DNA of 32,526 nt from a virus, in the IMG/VR virus record IMGVR_UViG_3300021387_000386; one strand, 5' to 3'. The translations under genes and the position numbers were made by a program. The stretch's first letter is position 1. The number at the start of each line of letters is the position of its first letter. Of the stretch, positions 31,666-32,526 are shown one piece after another. Under the pieces are notes generated by a model. The model made no database searches. It had not been told where the DNA came from and was given only the letters and a program-made list of their open reading frames with translations.

Positions 31666-31994
31666 GCAGTTACCCCCATTGCTTCGCGGTAATCATCATC
31701 AAGCTGTTTCGGGTCGTCTTCAAACGCTGCAAACTCGTTGTTTTCGTCATATCCGAAATAAACGCTTTTTCCCTGCGGAATGATAGGGGCAAGATGAGAT
31801 TTTACCGAAATTGTGGCAACTCCCAGCTTACGTTCATTGTCAGGCTTAAAATCAACAGTCAGCACAACTTTTCTTTTCTGTGTTGCGCTGGTGTTTTCGT
31901 CTTCGATGTTAGACATTACTTTTTTCAACTCTTCGTTGAACATGTCTAAGGCCATTCCACCGTTAAGGGTGGCTAGTTCAATTTTTGTAGACAT
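31662..31994 (-). CDS. Hypothetical early protein
   Basis: 110 aa with AAGGAG 10 nt upstream of the ATG. No family recognised. Confidence 0.55.
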   Translation of the reverse strand: MSTKIELATLNGGMALDMFNEELKKVMSNIEDENTSATQKRKVVLTVDFKPDNERKLGVATISVKSHLAPIIPQGKSVYFGYDENNEFAAFEDDPKQLDDDYREAMGVTA

Positions 31995-32040
31995 TAAAAT
32001 TAAACTCCTTCTAATTTTTATTTGTTCGCGGCAACGCCGT

Positions 32041-32253
32041 TTAATTGAACACTTTTTTAACGTCTGTAACTTTGGATTTGAATTCTTCTTTTGAAAGATG
32101 GAAGGTCATAAAGCCGTCAAAATCTACGGCATAAAAGCTTTCTTTTGTTTCCCAGATTCCGGCGATCTGGCCGGTGTATTTGATTTCTTTTCCGTTTTCG
32201 TCTGTGTAGCTGTCGTGAAGCAAGCCGGCGTAAACAACTTTCTTTTTAGGCAT
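32041..32253 (-). CDS. Hypothetical protein, first gene of the early operon
   Basis: ATG 32253 (MPKKKVVYAGL...) with AGGAG 8 nt upstream. The track ORF extends 10 codons further, into the terminator U-run. Confidence 0.5.
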   Translation of the reverse strand: MPKKKVVYAGLLHDSYTDENGKEIKYTGQIAGIWETKESFYAVDFDGFMTFHLSKEEFKSKVTDVKKVFN

Positions 32254-32275
32254 TGTGTTTTCTCCTTGTGTGAAG

Positions 32276-32312
32276 CAAAACAAAAAACCCCAGGATGTTC
32301 GGTTTCCTGGGG
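32276..32312 (-). terminator. Intrinsic terminator (minus-strand sense) upstream of the early operon
   Basis: An 8-bp GC-rich stem CCCCAGGA (32288-32295) / TCCTGGGG (32305-32312) with a 9-nt loop. On the minus strand it is followed by TTTTTTGTTTTG. Confidence 0.65.
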
Positions 32313-32329
32313 TCTCTTGATTGTTTCAC

Positions 32330-32364
32330 TTGCTAGTCGCTAAGAAAACAAAGCGACTAAGCAA
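32330..32364. promoter_or_regulatory. Imperfect inverted repeat (operator or RNA stem-loop)
   Basis: ttgctagtcgct (32330-32341) pairs with agcgactaagcaa (32352-32364): 12 bp with one bulged base and a 10-nt loop. Confidence 0.45.
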
Positions 32365-32398
32365 CCGAACACAACTTAGTAGCTCTGTTGCCTTTAAC

Positions 32399-32425
32399 TT
32401 TATAACAAGTTGATTACATTGTCAA
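32399..32425 (-). promoter_or_regulatory. Sigma70-type promoter facing the early operon
   Basis: The minus strand reads TTGACA (32425-32420), a 15-nt spacer, then TATAAA (32404-32399) preceded by TGt (extended -10). It lies in the switch region between the divergent transposase gene and the early genes. Confidence 0.5.
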
Positions 32426-32526
32426 GAACTTTTTAAAAAGTAAAGAAAAATAATTTGTCTGCCGATAGTTATTGCGGTATGAATGAAGCAATGAGACAGA
32501 AGAAAGCTTTATATATTCCTCAATTC
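32420..32526. repeat. Terminal direct repeat, right copy (identical to 1..107)
   Basis: Manual alignment of both window ends shows 107/107 identity. This implies a unit genome of 32,419 bp. Confidence 0.9.

Overview
The window is a complete, circularly closed phage genome of about 32.4 kb. Bases 1-107 repeat exactly at 32420-32526, giving a unit length of 32,419 bp. Almost every gene is on the minus strand, and the modules are recognisable. Reading the minus strand from 32.3 kb down, they are: early recombination and replication genes (SSB, PcfK/PcfJ-like, RecT, DUF1064, KilAC antirepressor, replisome organizer with internal iterons, DnaC-like loader); a lysis cassette with overlapped spanins, which implies a diderm host; HNH, TerS and TerL; an HK97-type portal, protease and capsid; head-tail connectors, major tail and tape measure; and a lambda-like M/L/K/I-J tail tip. 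The most notable content is a full diversity-generating retroelement (DGR) at 1.7-4.6 kb, made of target gene, Avd-like ORF, 86-nt template repeat (TR) and reverse transcriptase (RT). A second variable repeat (VR) lies in a different gene at 23.6 kb. All 25 TR/VR mismatches fall on template adenines. Other points worth a second look:
- a 25-28 nt motif conserved upstream of four late genes;
- a promoter, hairpin and terminator unit (candidate sRNA or leader) ahead of the early operon;
- a DDE transposase as the only recombinase;
- a membrane-anchored DEDDh exonuclease on the opposite strand;
- an unassigned ORF between portal and protease.
All calls come from reading the sequence and ORF translations. 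No database search was run.
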